This document shows positions 41,285 through 50,653 of a stretch of DNA of 64,000 nt, piece by piece (position 1 is the first letter of the stretch; each line of letters begins with the position of its first letter). The translations under genes and the position numbers were made by a program. The DNA lies in NCBI GenBank assembly GCA_902578315.1, contig CACHCL010000003.1:22539-86538 (forward strand), in the 5' to 3' direction. Below the pieces are notes generated by a model. It did not search any database, had not been told where the DNA came from, and saw nothing but the letters and a program-made list of their open reading frames with translations. Source of the DNA: an uncultured Pelagibacteraceae bacterium. Lineage in GTDB: Bacteria > Pseudomonadota > Alphaproteobacteria > Pelagibacterales > Pelagibacteraceae.

Positions 41285-42208
41285 ATGAAAAAAATATACT
41301 TAACTGTTGCTGCTCTAATGAGCTGGGCAATGATGTCTGTAGCTGCTCTAGCAGTAGATATTATTGTTGTGTCTCATGGACAAGCAAATGACCCTTTCTG
41401 GTCTGTTGCAAAAAATGGAGTTGATAAAGCTTGTAAAGATATGAAAGTATCTTGCAAATACACTGCTCCAGCAACATTTGACATGGTAGAGATGGCAAAA
41501 CTTATTGACAACGCTGTTTCTCAAAAGCCAAAAGGTATTGTAATAACTCTTCCAGATGCTGCCGCTTTAGGTAAATCTGTTAAAGCTGCAATATCTGCAG
41601 GTATCCCAGTAATCTCTATGAATTCAGGTTCAGACGACTACATGAAACTAGGTATTAGTGCTCACGTAGGTCAAACAGAGTTTGAAGCTGGCGTAGGTGG
41701 CGGACAAAAAATGAAAGCTGCTGGTGGTAAAAAAGCACTATGTGTTAACCACGAAGTAGGTAACGTCGCTTTAGATAGAAGATGTGCTGGTTTCAAAAAA
41801 GGCTTTGGTGGATCTGTAGACATATTAGGTACATCAAATGACCCGACTGAAATTCAAAAAGCTGTAGCCGCTAAATTAGGTGGTGGATATGACACTATTC
41901 TTACTTTAGGAGCTGGTCTAGCGGGAGAAGCTGCTCTAAAAGCTTTAGAGTCTGCTGGTAAAGTTGGAAGCGTAAAACTTGGTACATTCGATATGTCTCC
42001 AGGTATGCTTAAAGCTGCTGCTGCTGGAAAAGTTGAGTTCTTAATCGACCAACAACAGTATCTACAAGGTTATTTACCTATAGCTATCTTTTCTCAATAT
42101 ATGAGATATGGAACAATGCCAGCTGGTGTTGTTATGACTGGACCTGGTTTCGTTACTCCTAATAATGCTAAGGATGTAATTAAATGGGCAGCTCAAGGTT
42201 ATAGATAA
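41285..42208 (+). CDS. Sugar (probably inositol) ABC transporter substrate-binding protein
   Basis: Signal peptide, VSHG...DPFW, IDQQQYLQGY; GAGGG RBS; located in the iol cluster. Confidence 0.88.
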   Translation: MKKIYLTVAALMSWAMMSVAALAVDIIVVSHGQANDPFWSVAKNGVDKACKDMKVSCKYTAPATFDMVEMAKLIDNAVSQKPKGIVITLPDAAALGKSVKAAISAGIPVISMNSGSDDYMKLGISAHVGQTEFEAGVGGGQKMKAAGGKKALCVNHEVGNVALDRRCAGFKKGFGGSVDILGTSNDPTEIQKAVAAKLGGGYDTILTLGAGLAGEAALKALESAGKVGSVKLGTFDMSPGMLKAAAAGKVEFLIDQQQYLQGYLPIAIFSQYMRYGTMPAGVVMTGPGFVTPNNAKDVIKWAAQGYR

Positions 42209-42219
42209 GAAAAATAATT

Positions 42220-42256
42220 AAAAGGCCTAGTGATAATTCACTAGGCCTTTTTTTTT
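42220..42256 (+). terminator. Intrinsic terminator / stabilising hairpin after SBP gene
   Basis: AAAAGGCCTAGTGA-taat-TCACTAGGCCTTTT, with a T9 run in total. Confidence 0.85.
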
Positions 42257-42269
42257 AGGTTTTTTTTAT

Positions 42270-43397
42270 ATGTCTACAAAGTCTAAAAGTATTGAAACAA
42301 AAACTGATTTCAATCAGGATGAAAGACTCAAAAAAGTTTCTAAATTAAGGTTATTATTAAATAGACCCGAACTTGGTGCTCTTGGTGGAGCAATACTTGT
42401 CTTTATTTTTTTTGGTATTGTTGCTGGTGATACAGGAATGTTTAGTGCTTATGGAGTGTTAAATTTTCTAGACGTTTCTGCTAATCTCGGAATTATAGCA
42501 ATTGCTGCTGCTATGTTAATGATAGGAGGAGAATTCGATCTATCTATTGGATCAATGATTGGGTTTGCAGGAATATGTATAGCTATTCCGGCAATTTATT
42601 GGGGGTGGCCACTATGGATGAGTATTATTTTTGCATTCTCAATGGCAGTGCTAGTAGGTTATTTTAATGGAATATTAGTGGTAAGAACAGGCTTGCCATC
42701 TTTTATCGTTACTCTTGCAATGCTTTTTATTTTAAGAGGTGCAACTTTAGCTATAACAAGATTGATTACTGGTCGAACTCAAGTTCCAGGCCTAAGAGTT
42801 TTAATCGAAGATGATCCTTTAGCATGGATATTTGCAACTGATACATTTAAATGGGTTTTTACTTGGTTAGGTTCGATGAATCTGATTGCATTGAGAACAG
42901 ATGGAACTCCACTCGCCACAGGAATTCCACCGTCTGTAATATGGTTCATAGCCTTAGCAATCATTACAACATGGATTCTAATGAAAACAAGATACGGAAA
43001 TTGGATATTTGCATCTGGAGGGGATAAAAATGGTGCTAACAATGTTGGAGTACCAGTTGGTAGAGTAAAAATAAGTTTATTTATAGGAACTGCAGTTGCA
43101 GCAACCATTTTTGCTACTATTCAAGTTTTAGATGCTGGTTCAGCTGATACAATGCGTGGAACTTTAAAGGAATTAGAAGCTATTGCAGCTGCAGTTGTTG
43201 GAGGCTGTTTATTAACTGGCGGTTATGGTTCAGCAATAGGTGCAGCATTTGGAGCTTTGATTTTTGGAACTGTATCAATGGGGATATTTTATACTGATGT
43301 GGATACAGACTGGTTTAAAGTTTTTTTAGGAGCAATGATGTTGATTGCAGTGATCTTTAATAATTATATTAGAAGAAAGGTAACGGAAAGCAAATAA
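42270..43397 (+). CDS. Sugar ABC transporter permease (CUT2)
   Basis: [33 protein letters not shown]. Confidence 0.92.
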   Translation: MSTKSKSIETKTDFNQDERLKKVSKLRLLLNRPELGALGGAILVFIFFGIVAGDTGMFSAYGVLNFLDVSANLGIIAIAAAMLMIGGEFDLSIGSMIGFAGICIAIPAIYWGWPLWMSIIFAFSMAVLVGYFNGILVVRTGLPSFIVTLAMLFILRGATLAITRLITGRTQVPGLRVLIEDDPLAWIFATDTFKWVFTWLGSMNLIALRTDGTPLATGIPPSVIWFIALAIITTWILMKTRYGNWIFASGGDKNGANNVGVPVGRVKISLFIGTAVAATIFATIQVLDAGSADTMRGTLKELEAIAAAVVGGCLLTGGYGSAIGAAFGALIFGTVSMGIFYTDVDTDWFKVFLGAMMLIAVIFNNYIRRKVTESK

Positions 43398-44191
43398 TGT
43401 CAGACTATTTAGTTCAATTTAACAACATAAGTAAATTTTTTGGAAAAGTAATAGCTCTTAAAGATGTGACTATGAAATTAAAAAAAGGTGAAATTATGTG
43501 TCTTCTTGGTGACAATGGGGCTGGTAAATCAACTTTAATTAAAACATTAGCTGGAGTGCATAGGCCTGATGAAGGTGAGATTATTGTTGAGGGAAAAAAA
43601 ACAATATTTGACAGTCCTAAAGATGCATTAGATATGGGCATAGCTACTGTGTATCAAGATCTAGCTTTAGTCTCTTTAATGAGTGTAACAAGAAACTTTT
43701 TTATGGGAAGAGAACCAATGAAAGGTCCACCATTTTTCAAAACGTTTGATATAGAAAAAGCTAATAAAATAGCTGCCGAGAGAATGGGGCAGATAGGTAT
43801 TGATGTTAGAGATCCATCTCAGGCAGTCGGAACGATGTCGGGCGGTGAAAGACAGTGTTTAGCAATAAGTAGGGCTATATACTTTGGTGCAAAAGTTCTT
43901 GTTTTAGACGAGCCAACTTCTGCTCTTGGAGTACATCAAGCTTCAGTTGTTTTAAAATATATAGTTAAAGCTGCTTCTCAAGGGTTAGCAGTAATTTTAA
44001 TAACACATAACGTTCATCATGCTTATCCAGTTGGAAATAGTTTTACAGTATTAAATAGGGGAAAAAGTTTAGGTACATATGAAAAAAAAGATATTTCTAG
44101 AGAAAAACTTTTAAGTATGATGGCTGGTGGTGAAGAGTTAAATAAATTAGAGGTGGAGCTTCAGGAAATGAACAGATCCTCAGCTAATTAA
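43397..44191 (+). CDS. Sugar ABC transporter ATP-binding protein
   Basis: [19 protein letters not shown]. Confidence 0.94.
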   Translation: MSDYLVQFNNISKFFGKVIALKDVTMKLKKGEIMCLLGDNGAGKSTLIKTLAGVHRPDEGEIIVEGKKTIFDSPKDALDMGIATVYQDLALVSLMSVTRNFFMGREPMKGPPFFKTFDIEKANKIAAERMGQIGIDVRDPSQAVGTMSGGERQCLAISRAIYFGAKVLVLDEPTSALGVHQASVVLKYIVKAASQGLAVILITHNVHHAYPVGNSFTVLNRGKSLGTYEKKDISREKLLSMMAGGEELNKLEVELQEMNRSSAN

Positions 44192-45090
44192 TGCAAATAG
44201 GAATAGATTTAGGGGCAACTAAAATAGAGTACGTTCTTCTAGACAATAATAATGTAGAATTAAAAAGAGACAGAATTCAAACACCTAAAGATTATGAAAA
44301 CACAATAATTTTGATCACTGAAATAATAAAAAAATTAGAAAATAATTCTGGAAAATTTAATGTAGGCATATGTCATCCCGGAGCAGTAGATAAAACTACA
44401 GGATTAATTAAAAATGCACATAATTCTCAATGGCTAAATAATAAAAACTTAATAAAAGATCTAAAATTAAAAATAAATAATAATTTTCTTTCAGAAAATG
44501 ATGCTAATTGTTTTAGTCTATCAGAGGCTTTTGATGGATCTGCTAGCCATTATGAAACTGTATTTGGCATTATATTGGGATCAGGGTGTGGTGGTGGATT
44601 AGTAATAAATAAAAAGATAATATCTGGGGCAAATGGTTTAGGAGGAGAATGGAGTTTAAATCAAATGCCACTTACAAATACACCAAACTTGAAATCAGAT
44701 AAAATCTTAGATTTTTCAAATAGATTAGAAGGTTATCTATCTGGTAAATCAATAGAAAAAAGATTTAATGAACAATTTAATGAGAGCATTTCAGCAAAAG
44801 AAATTTTTAGCAGATATAGAAAAAAGGATTCAAACTCCATTTTATTTATAAACGAATATAAGGATATTTTAGCAAGATGTTTGGTATTAATAGTAACAAC
44901 TCTTGATCCAGATGCAATTGTTTTTGGTGGTGGAATTTCTAATGAAATAGATTTTTTAGATCAAATTAAAAAAAAAACATCATCATTTATAAATGAACCT
45001 AATCTTAAAACAGTATTTTTAAAACCAAAGTACGGAGACGCAAGTGGTGTAAGAGGTGCTGCTATTTTGAGTAGACAAAGTTCTATTTAA
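44191..45090 (+). CDS. ROK family sugar kinase (Mak/fructokinase-like)
   Basis: GIDLGATKIE, ENDANCF.LSEA.DG, ILGSGCGGG, GDASGVRGAA. Confidence 0.88.
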   Translation: MQIGIDLGATKIEYVLLDNNNVELKRDRIQTPKDYENTIILITEIIKKLENNSGKFNVGICHPGAVDKTTGLIKNAHNSQWLNNKNLIKDLKLKINNNFLSENDANCFSLSEAFDGSASHYETVFGIILGSGCGGGLVINKKIISGANGLGGEWSLNQMPLTNTPNLKSDKILDFSNRLEGYLSGKSIEKRFNEQFNESISAKEIFSRYRKKDSNSILFINEYKDILARCLVLIVTTLDPDAIVFGGGISNEIDFLDQIKKKTSSFINEPNLKTVFLKPKYGDASGVRGAAILSRQSSI

Positions 45091-46240
45091 GTATTGAATT
45101 AATCTCTGTATTTGAAAATGGCTTTGGTTTTTCACATTTAACAGAAATTATTTGTTTTTTATTATTTCTTGCAGACAAATGAATTGCCTCTATAATATTT
45201 AGCACGTGAAGAGATAAATTTCCGTTACATCTATGTATTTTCTTATTTTGGATTGAATATATCATCTCCGATAATCCAACACCTCTATAATTTGCATTAG
45301 TAGGAGACTCATTTGCTCTAGAACTTTGGGTTCTTATATTAATTTTTCCCAATGACATTTTGTTTGTTTGATGATTCTTCCATGCGCTACCTAATTTTTT
45401 ACTGATTAAAACCGATCCACCAAACATATTTGGATCTGGAACTATCATAGAACCATTTTCTCCGTAAAGCTCTATGTGGTTCCTTAGATGAGAAATAACA
45501 TCAAAAGATAAAGTTAATCTAATTATTGTGCCATTATGAAATTTTATAGTAGAAAAATAAGTTGTGGGACACTCCACTTTAAATTTTTTACCCTTTTTTG
45601 GTCCTATACCAATAGTACGCTTGGTAGCTCCTTTTGTGCTTATACTTGTTACTTCTTTAGCTGGACCCAATAAATTTACTAAAGCAGTTAAATAATATGG
45701 ACCCATGTCTATGACTGGTCCTCCTCCTTTTTTAGCAAACCAAGGCTCTGGATTAGGATGATAGGATTGTATTCCTGGATAGGCAAATATACCTGTACCA
45801 AACTTCACTTTACCTATTACTTTTTGGTCTAAAAGTTTTCTTGCTTTTTGATTTCCTCCACCTAAAAAAGTATCAGGAGCGTTTCCTATGCAAAGTTTTT
45901 TTCTTTTTGCTATTTTAATAAGTTCTTTTCCATCTTTAAATGAAACCGCTAAAGGCTTTTCAGAATAAACATGTTTACCATTTAGTAATGATTTTTTAGC
46001 TATTAAATAATGTGCATTAGGTATTGTTAAGTTAAGAATAACTTGAATTTCTTTATCTTTAAGTAATTCATTAACTGAAGTTGAACTTATCTTATAAGTT
46101 TTTGCACACTTTTGAGCTGCGAATTTATTAATATCAGCACATTTAATTATCTTAAAATTATTGAAATATTTATGAGCTCTAAAATAAGTTTCAGCTATAT
46201 GACCACAGCCAATGAGGCCGACTTTAAAAACTTTTTTCAT
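45083..46240 (-). CDS. Gfo/Idh/MocA family oxidoreductase
   Basis: GCGHI, KHVYSEKP, APDTFLG, DMGPYY, PDPN.FGG. Confidence 0.9.
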   Translation of the reverse strand: MKKVFKVGLIGCGHIAETYFRAHKYFNNFKIIKCADINKFAAQKCAKTYKISSTSVNELLKDKEIQVILNLTIPNAHYLIAKKSLLNGKHVYSEKPLAVSFKDGKELIKIAKRKKLCIGNAPDTFLGGGNQKARKLLDQKVIGKVKFGTGIFAYPGIQSYHPNPEPWFAKKGGGPVIDMGPYYLTALVNLLGPAKEVTSISTKGATKRTIGIGPKKGKKFKVECPTTYFSTIKFHNGTIIRLTLSFDVISHLRNHIELYGENGSMIVPDPNMFGGSVLISKKLGSAWKNHQTNKMSLGKINIRTQSSRANESPTNANYRGVGLSEMIYSIQNKKIHRCNGNLSLHVLNIIEAIHLSARNNKKQIISVKCEKPKPFSNTEINSILK

Positions 46241-46248
46241 TAAAAAGC

Positions 46249-48093
46249 TTATACACCTTTTCTTTGTTTTTTCTTCCCGTCTAGGTGTTCTTTTAGGGCT
46301 CTTTTATTTTCCTCAGTTGAAGGCAGTGAAAGAGTGGGGCTTTCCCAGTATGCGGAACCCTCTAACCACTGATAGCCATCCGTATGTATACTTATTACAT
46401 ATGTTTTCTTTGATTTTTTTGCCCTTTTAAAAGCCTCTTCTAGTTCAGATATTGAGTTAACTTGTTCTCCATCTGCTCCCATACTTTTTGCATGTGAGGC
46501 AAAATCGACCGGAACAAGATTTGGGGTTTTTGAGCTTTTTAATAAACAATTAAATTCTTTACCACCTTTGTATAATTGAAGTCTATTAATAACTGCATGA
46601 CCCCCGTTGTCGCAAACAATGATGATCAATTTATTATTAGTAATTACTGAACTGTAAATATCTGAATTGTAAAGCAAATATGACCCATCCCCAACGAATG
46701 CTATAACTTCTTTGTTTGGATTTGCCATTTTAATCCCCAGAGCCCCTGAAATTTCATAACTCATGCAACTAAAACCCCATTCAGTTTCATGAGTATTTAA
46801 TTCTCTAGGCCGCCATACTTGCACAACTTCTCCTACTAAACCACCTGCAGCAGTAACTGCTATATCTGACGGATCAGAATTTCTATAGATTGCACCAACT
46901 GCATGAGCATAGCTAGGTAATTTTTGATTAGTAGGACCACTTTCTTTGTCTACGTATTCGTTCCAACTTTTTAATTCTGATTGCGCTTTTTTATTCCAGC
47001 TTTCCTCTGCTTTCCAGCCTCCAAGGGCTAAAGATAATTCAGATAATGAAACCTTAGCATCACCGACTACAGCTTGTGCCATATGTTTATTTGCATCAAA
47101 TCTTGCTGCATTTATAGATACGAGTTTAAAATTTGGATTCTCAAAATTTGCCCAAGATCCTGTAGTAAAATCTGCTAGCTTAGTACCTACTGCTATAGCC
47201 AAATCTGTTTTTTTTGCCATATTATTTGCAGCTTTACCTCCAAGACCACCGATTGGTCCTAAAAAATGAGAATGATCTCTTTTCATAGTAGAATAACCCA
47301 TGACGGTTTGCGTTACTGGTATATTATGTTTTTTTGCAAAATCAGATAATTCAACCATTGCATCAGAGTAAAAAACTCCTCCTCCTGAAATTATTATTGG
47401 GTTTTTTGACGATTTAATTGCCTCAGCTGCTTTTTTTATTTGATAATCATCTGGACGCAGACGTCTTATAGAATGAACTCTTTCTTTAAAAAATTCCTCA
47501 GGATAGTCGAATATTTCGCCTTGGACGTCTTGACTTAAAGAAATACATGCAGGGCCACAATCAGCAGGATCAAGCATTACTTCAATCGCCTGAGGTAAAG
47601 TAGAAATTATTTGCTCAGGACGAGTAATTCTATCGAAGTATCTAACCACCGGTTTAAATCCATCATTTTGAGTAATCCCAGGATTATTAAAATGCTCAAC
47701 TTGTTGCAAAACTGGATCTGGCATTCTATTCGCAAATGTATCTCCTGGTAAAAATAATATTGGAAGTCTATTGCTCATTGCAACAGCTGCTGCTGTAATC
47801 ATATTAGTAGAACCAGGTCCTACTGAACTGGTTGCAATAAAAATTTGTTTTCTTCTTTTTGCTCTGGAGTAAGCTATTCCTGTAAGAGCCATATTTTGTT
47901 CATGATGACCTCTCCATGTAGGAAGTTCTTTTTGGTTCTCTTGAAGTGCTTGTCCTAAACAAGCTACATTACCATGTCCGAAAATTCCAAATGCACCAGG
48001 AAATAATGGTTCTTTCTTTCCTTCAATTAAGATTTTTTGTTTTGTAAGGAATTTAACAAGTGCATGAGCACAAGTAAGTTGAATGTTTTTCAT
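46249..48093 (-). CDS. iolD: 3D-(3,5/4)-trihydroxycyclohexane-1,2-dione acylhydrolase (TPP-dependent)
   Basis: GIFGHGNV, PDPVLQQVE, GFSCM.YEI, GDGSY. Confidence 0.93.
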   Translation of the reverse strand: MKNIQLTCAHALVKFLTKQKILIEGKKEPLFPGAFGIFGHGNVACLGQALQENQKELPTWRGHHEQNMALTGIAYSRAKRRKQIFIATSSVGPGSTNMITAAAVAMSNRLPILFLPGDTFANRMPDPVLQQVEHFNNPGITQNDGFKPVVRYFDRITRPEQIISTLPQAIEVMLDPADCGPACISLSQDVQGEIFDYPEEFFKERVHSIRRLRPDDYQIKKAAEAIKSSKNPIIISGGGVFYSDAMVELSDFAKKHNIPVTQTVMGYSTMKRDHSHFLGPIGGLGGKAANNMAKKTDLAIAVGTKLADFTTGSWANFENPNFKLVSINAARFDANKHMAQAVVGDAKVSLSELSLALGGWKAEESWNKKAQSELKSWNEYVDKESGPTNQKLPSYAHAVGAIYRNSDPSDIAVTAAGGLVGEVVQVWRPRELNTHETEWGFSCMSYEISGALGIKMANPNKEVIAFVGDGSYLLYNSDIYSSVITNNKLIIIVCDNGGHAVINRLQLYKGGKEFNCLLKSSKTPNLVPVDFASHAKSMGADGEQVNSISELEEAFKRAKKSKKTYVISIHTDGYQWLEGSAYWESPTLSLPSTEENKRALKEHLDGKKKQRKGV

Positions 48094-48149
48094 AAATTCT
48101 TTATAAGATAGATAATTAACTTAATATATTCAATAACTATATATAATTT

Positions 48150-49595
48150 ATGTACGAAAAATTTGGTCAGTTTATTGACGGTAAATGGCAACAATCATCA
48201 AGTGGTGAAACTTACGAAGTAATTAATCCAGCTACTGAAGAAATTATTGGTAAGGCGTCGAAAGCAAATAGTAAAGATATACAAAGAGCTCTTAAATCAG
48301 CAGAAAAAGGATTAGAGATCTGGAGAAACACACCACCCTGGGAAAGATCTAAAGTAATTAGAAGAATTTCAGAATTAATAAGAAAAAAAGTTGGTACTTT
48401 GTCTAAATGGCTTACTTTAGAAGTCGGCAAACCTTTATCTGAAGGAGCAGGGGAAGTAGGCGGTGCAGCCGATATATTTGAATGGAACTCAGAAGAAACA
48501 AAAAGAATTTTTGGTGAAATAAATCAAAGTCGTTTTCCAAATACAAAAATACATGTAATTTATCAGCCTGTAGGTGTGGTAGCTGCATTAGTTCCATGGA
48601 ATTTTCCAGTTATTCTAGCATCAAGAAAAATTTCAACAGCTTTAGCTGCTGGATGCTCTGTTATAGTGAAACCTGATGTGATTACTCCAGGTAGTGTAAT
48701 GGAAATAGTTGATATTTGTAAAGAGGCTGGTGTTCCTCCAGGTGTTATTAATTTATTATCAGGAGATCCAGCAGCGATTTCATCTGAATTAATTCAATCA
48801 GATATTATAAAAAAGATATCTATTACTGGATCAACTAGAGTTGGTAAAATTATTCTTAAGCAAGCCGCTGATAAAGTACAAAGAGTAACAATGGAATTGA
48901 GCGGTCACTCTCCATTCATTGTTTTTGATGATGTTGATTTGAATAAAGTAACAGATATGGCAATAACAGCTAAATTTAGAAATAATGGTCAAGTTTGTAT
49001 ATCTCCAAACAGATTTTATATTCATGAGAAGAAAAAAGATGAATTTGCTGACTTAATGGTTCAAAAAACCAAAAAATTAAAAATGGGCAACGGTATGGAT
49101 AAGGATACTTTACTCGGACCTTTATGTACAAAAGAGAGGCTAGAGGGTGTTGAAAAATTGGTAGAAACGACTAAGAAAGAAGGTGGAAAAGTTCTGTTAG
49201 GTGGTAAAAGAGCTGCTAACTTTAACAAAGGTTATTATTACGAACCAACTATTTTTGATAATATAGAAGATAATTTTACAGTAATGAAAGAAGAACCTTT
49301 TGGACCAATTGTTCCAATTCTAAGTTTTAATAATTTTGATGAGGTTATGAAAAGAGCTAACGATAATGATTTAGGTTTAGCAAGTTACGTTTACACGACT
49401 GATTTAAAAAAAGCTAATCAAGCATCTGAAAAATTAGAAACCGGTTGTGTAGCAGTTAACACCCCGGTCGTAGCCGTTGCAGAGGCTCCATTTGGAGGAA
49501 TTAAACAAACCGGTTATGGAAGAGAAGGCGGGTCTATGGCAATCAAGGATTATCTAAATATCAAATATACTCATTTTGGTATTTCATACGAATGA
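48150..49595 (+). CDS. NAD(P)-dependent aldehyde dehydrogenase (SSADH/KGSADH-like)
   Basis: PWNFP, TGSTRVG, MEL.G, GQVCIS, EEPFGP, PFGG.K..G.GREG. Confidence 0.9.
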   Translation: MYEKFGQFIDGKWQQSSSGETYEVINPATEEIIGKASKANSKDIQRALKSAEKGLEIWRNTPPWERSKVIRRISELIRKKVGTLSKWLTLEVGKPLSEGAGEVGGAADIFEWNSEETKRIFGEINQSRFPNTKIHVIYQPVGVVAALVPWNFPVILASRKISTALAAGCSVIVKPDVITPGSVMEIVDICKEAGVPPGVINLLSGDPAAISSELIQSDIIKKISITGSTRVGKIILKQAADKVQRVTMELSGHSPFIVFDDVDLNKVTDMAITAKFRNNGQVCISPNRFYIHEKKKDEFADLMVQKTKKLKMGNGMDKDTLLGPLCTKERLEGVEKLVETTKKEGGKVLLGGKRAANFNKGYYYEPTIFDNIEDNFTVMKEEPFGPIVPILSFNNFDEVMKRANDNDLGLASYVYTTDLKKANQASEKLETGCVAVNTPVVAVAEAPFGGIKQTGYGREGGSMAIKDYLNIKYTHFGISYE

Positions 49596-50383
49596 GAAAA
49601 AATAAATTAAAAGAAATATTTCAATCAGGAAAATCTGCTGTAAATGGTTGGTTGCAAATCCCCAACTCTTTTACAGCTGAATTAATGGCAAATCAAAATT
49701 GGGACTCTTTAACTTTAGATATGCAACACGGTGTCATAGATTATCCGAACGCAATAGGAATGTTGCAAGCTATATCTACTACTAAAGTTGTTCCTATGGC
49801 TAGAGTAAATTGGAACGAGCCAGGTCAAATTATGAAAATTCTTGATGCTGGAGCTTATGGAATTATTTGCCCAATGGTGAGCAATAAAATAGAAGCAGAA
49901 AATTTTGTTAAAGCTTGTATGTATCCTCCAGATGGTTATAGGAGTTACGGACCTATTAGAGGTTTAGTTTATGGCGGACCCGATTACGCGGATATGGCTA
50001 ATAATGAAATATTAAAATTTGCAATGATTGAAACAAAAGAGTCCTTAGATAACTTAGATGAAATAATGAAAACACCTCATCTTGATGGAATTTATATTGG
50101 TCCAGCTGATTTAAGCTTAGCTATTGGACAAAAACCTAGTTTTGATAAACCAGATGGCGATCCGGTCTATGAGGTGATAATGAAAATTTTAGATCATGCA
50201 AAAAAAAATGGAATAATTGCTGGTATTCAGAACGGACAACCAGAATATGCTGAAAAAATGATTAAAAAAGGATTTCAATTAGTAACTATAGGATCTGATC
50301 AAAGGTACATGACTGGTGCGTCTAAAGCTGCTTTAAATAAACTTAAAAAAGATTCAAATAAGGATACAGGAAAAGGTTATTAA
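49592..50383 (+). CDS. HpcH/HpaI class II aldolase
   Basis: LDMQHG, ILDAGAYG, MIET, YIGPADLS. Confidence 0.9.
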   Translation: MRKNKLKEIFQSGKSAVNGWLQIPNSFTAELMANQNWDSLTLDMQHGVIDYPNAIGMLQAISTTKVVPMARVNWNEPGQIMKILDAGAYGIICPMVSNKIEAENFVKACMYPPDGYRSYGPIRGLVYGGPDYADMANNEILKFAMIETKESLDNLDEIMKTPHLDGIYIGPADLSLAIGQKPSFDKPDGDPVYEVIMKILDHAKKNGIIAGIQNGQPEYAEKMIKKGFQLVTIGSDQRYMTGASKAALNKLKKDSNKDTGKGY

Positions 50384-50389
50384 ATAAAG

Positions 50390-50653
50390 ATGACTTATCA
50401 TGTATATATGCTCAAATCTTTGGGCAAAAAATCTGTAACATATGTTGGATATACAAATAATTTGAAAAAAAGAATCATTCTTCACAATAGTAGCAAAGGT
50501 GCAAAATTTACTAGAGGAAGAAAATGGAAACTAATTTATAAGGAAAAGCTTAATTCAAAAAGTGAAGCAATTTCTAGAGAATATTATATAAAGAATAACA
50601 AAACATTAAGAAATAAAATAAAAAATGAAAATCTCAATTCTTTTACCTTATAA
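50390..50653 (+). CDS. Small GIY-YIG nuclease (UPF0213)
   Basis: VYML...TYVGYTN.L.KR...HN..KGAKFTRGR.W. Confidence 0.9.
   Translation: MTYHVYMLKSLGKKSVTYVGYTNNLKKRIILHNSSKGAKFTRGRKWKLIYKEKLNSKSEAISREYYIKNNKTLRNKIKNENLNSFTL

Noticed and set aside
50390-50653. GIY-YIG gene as a homing endonuclease or defence nuclease
   Set aside because: Minimal 87-aa UPF0213-type protein with no DNA-binding extension, intron or partner genes.
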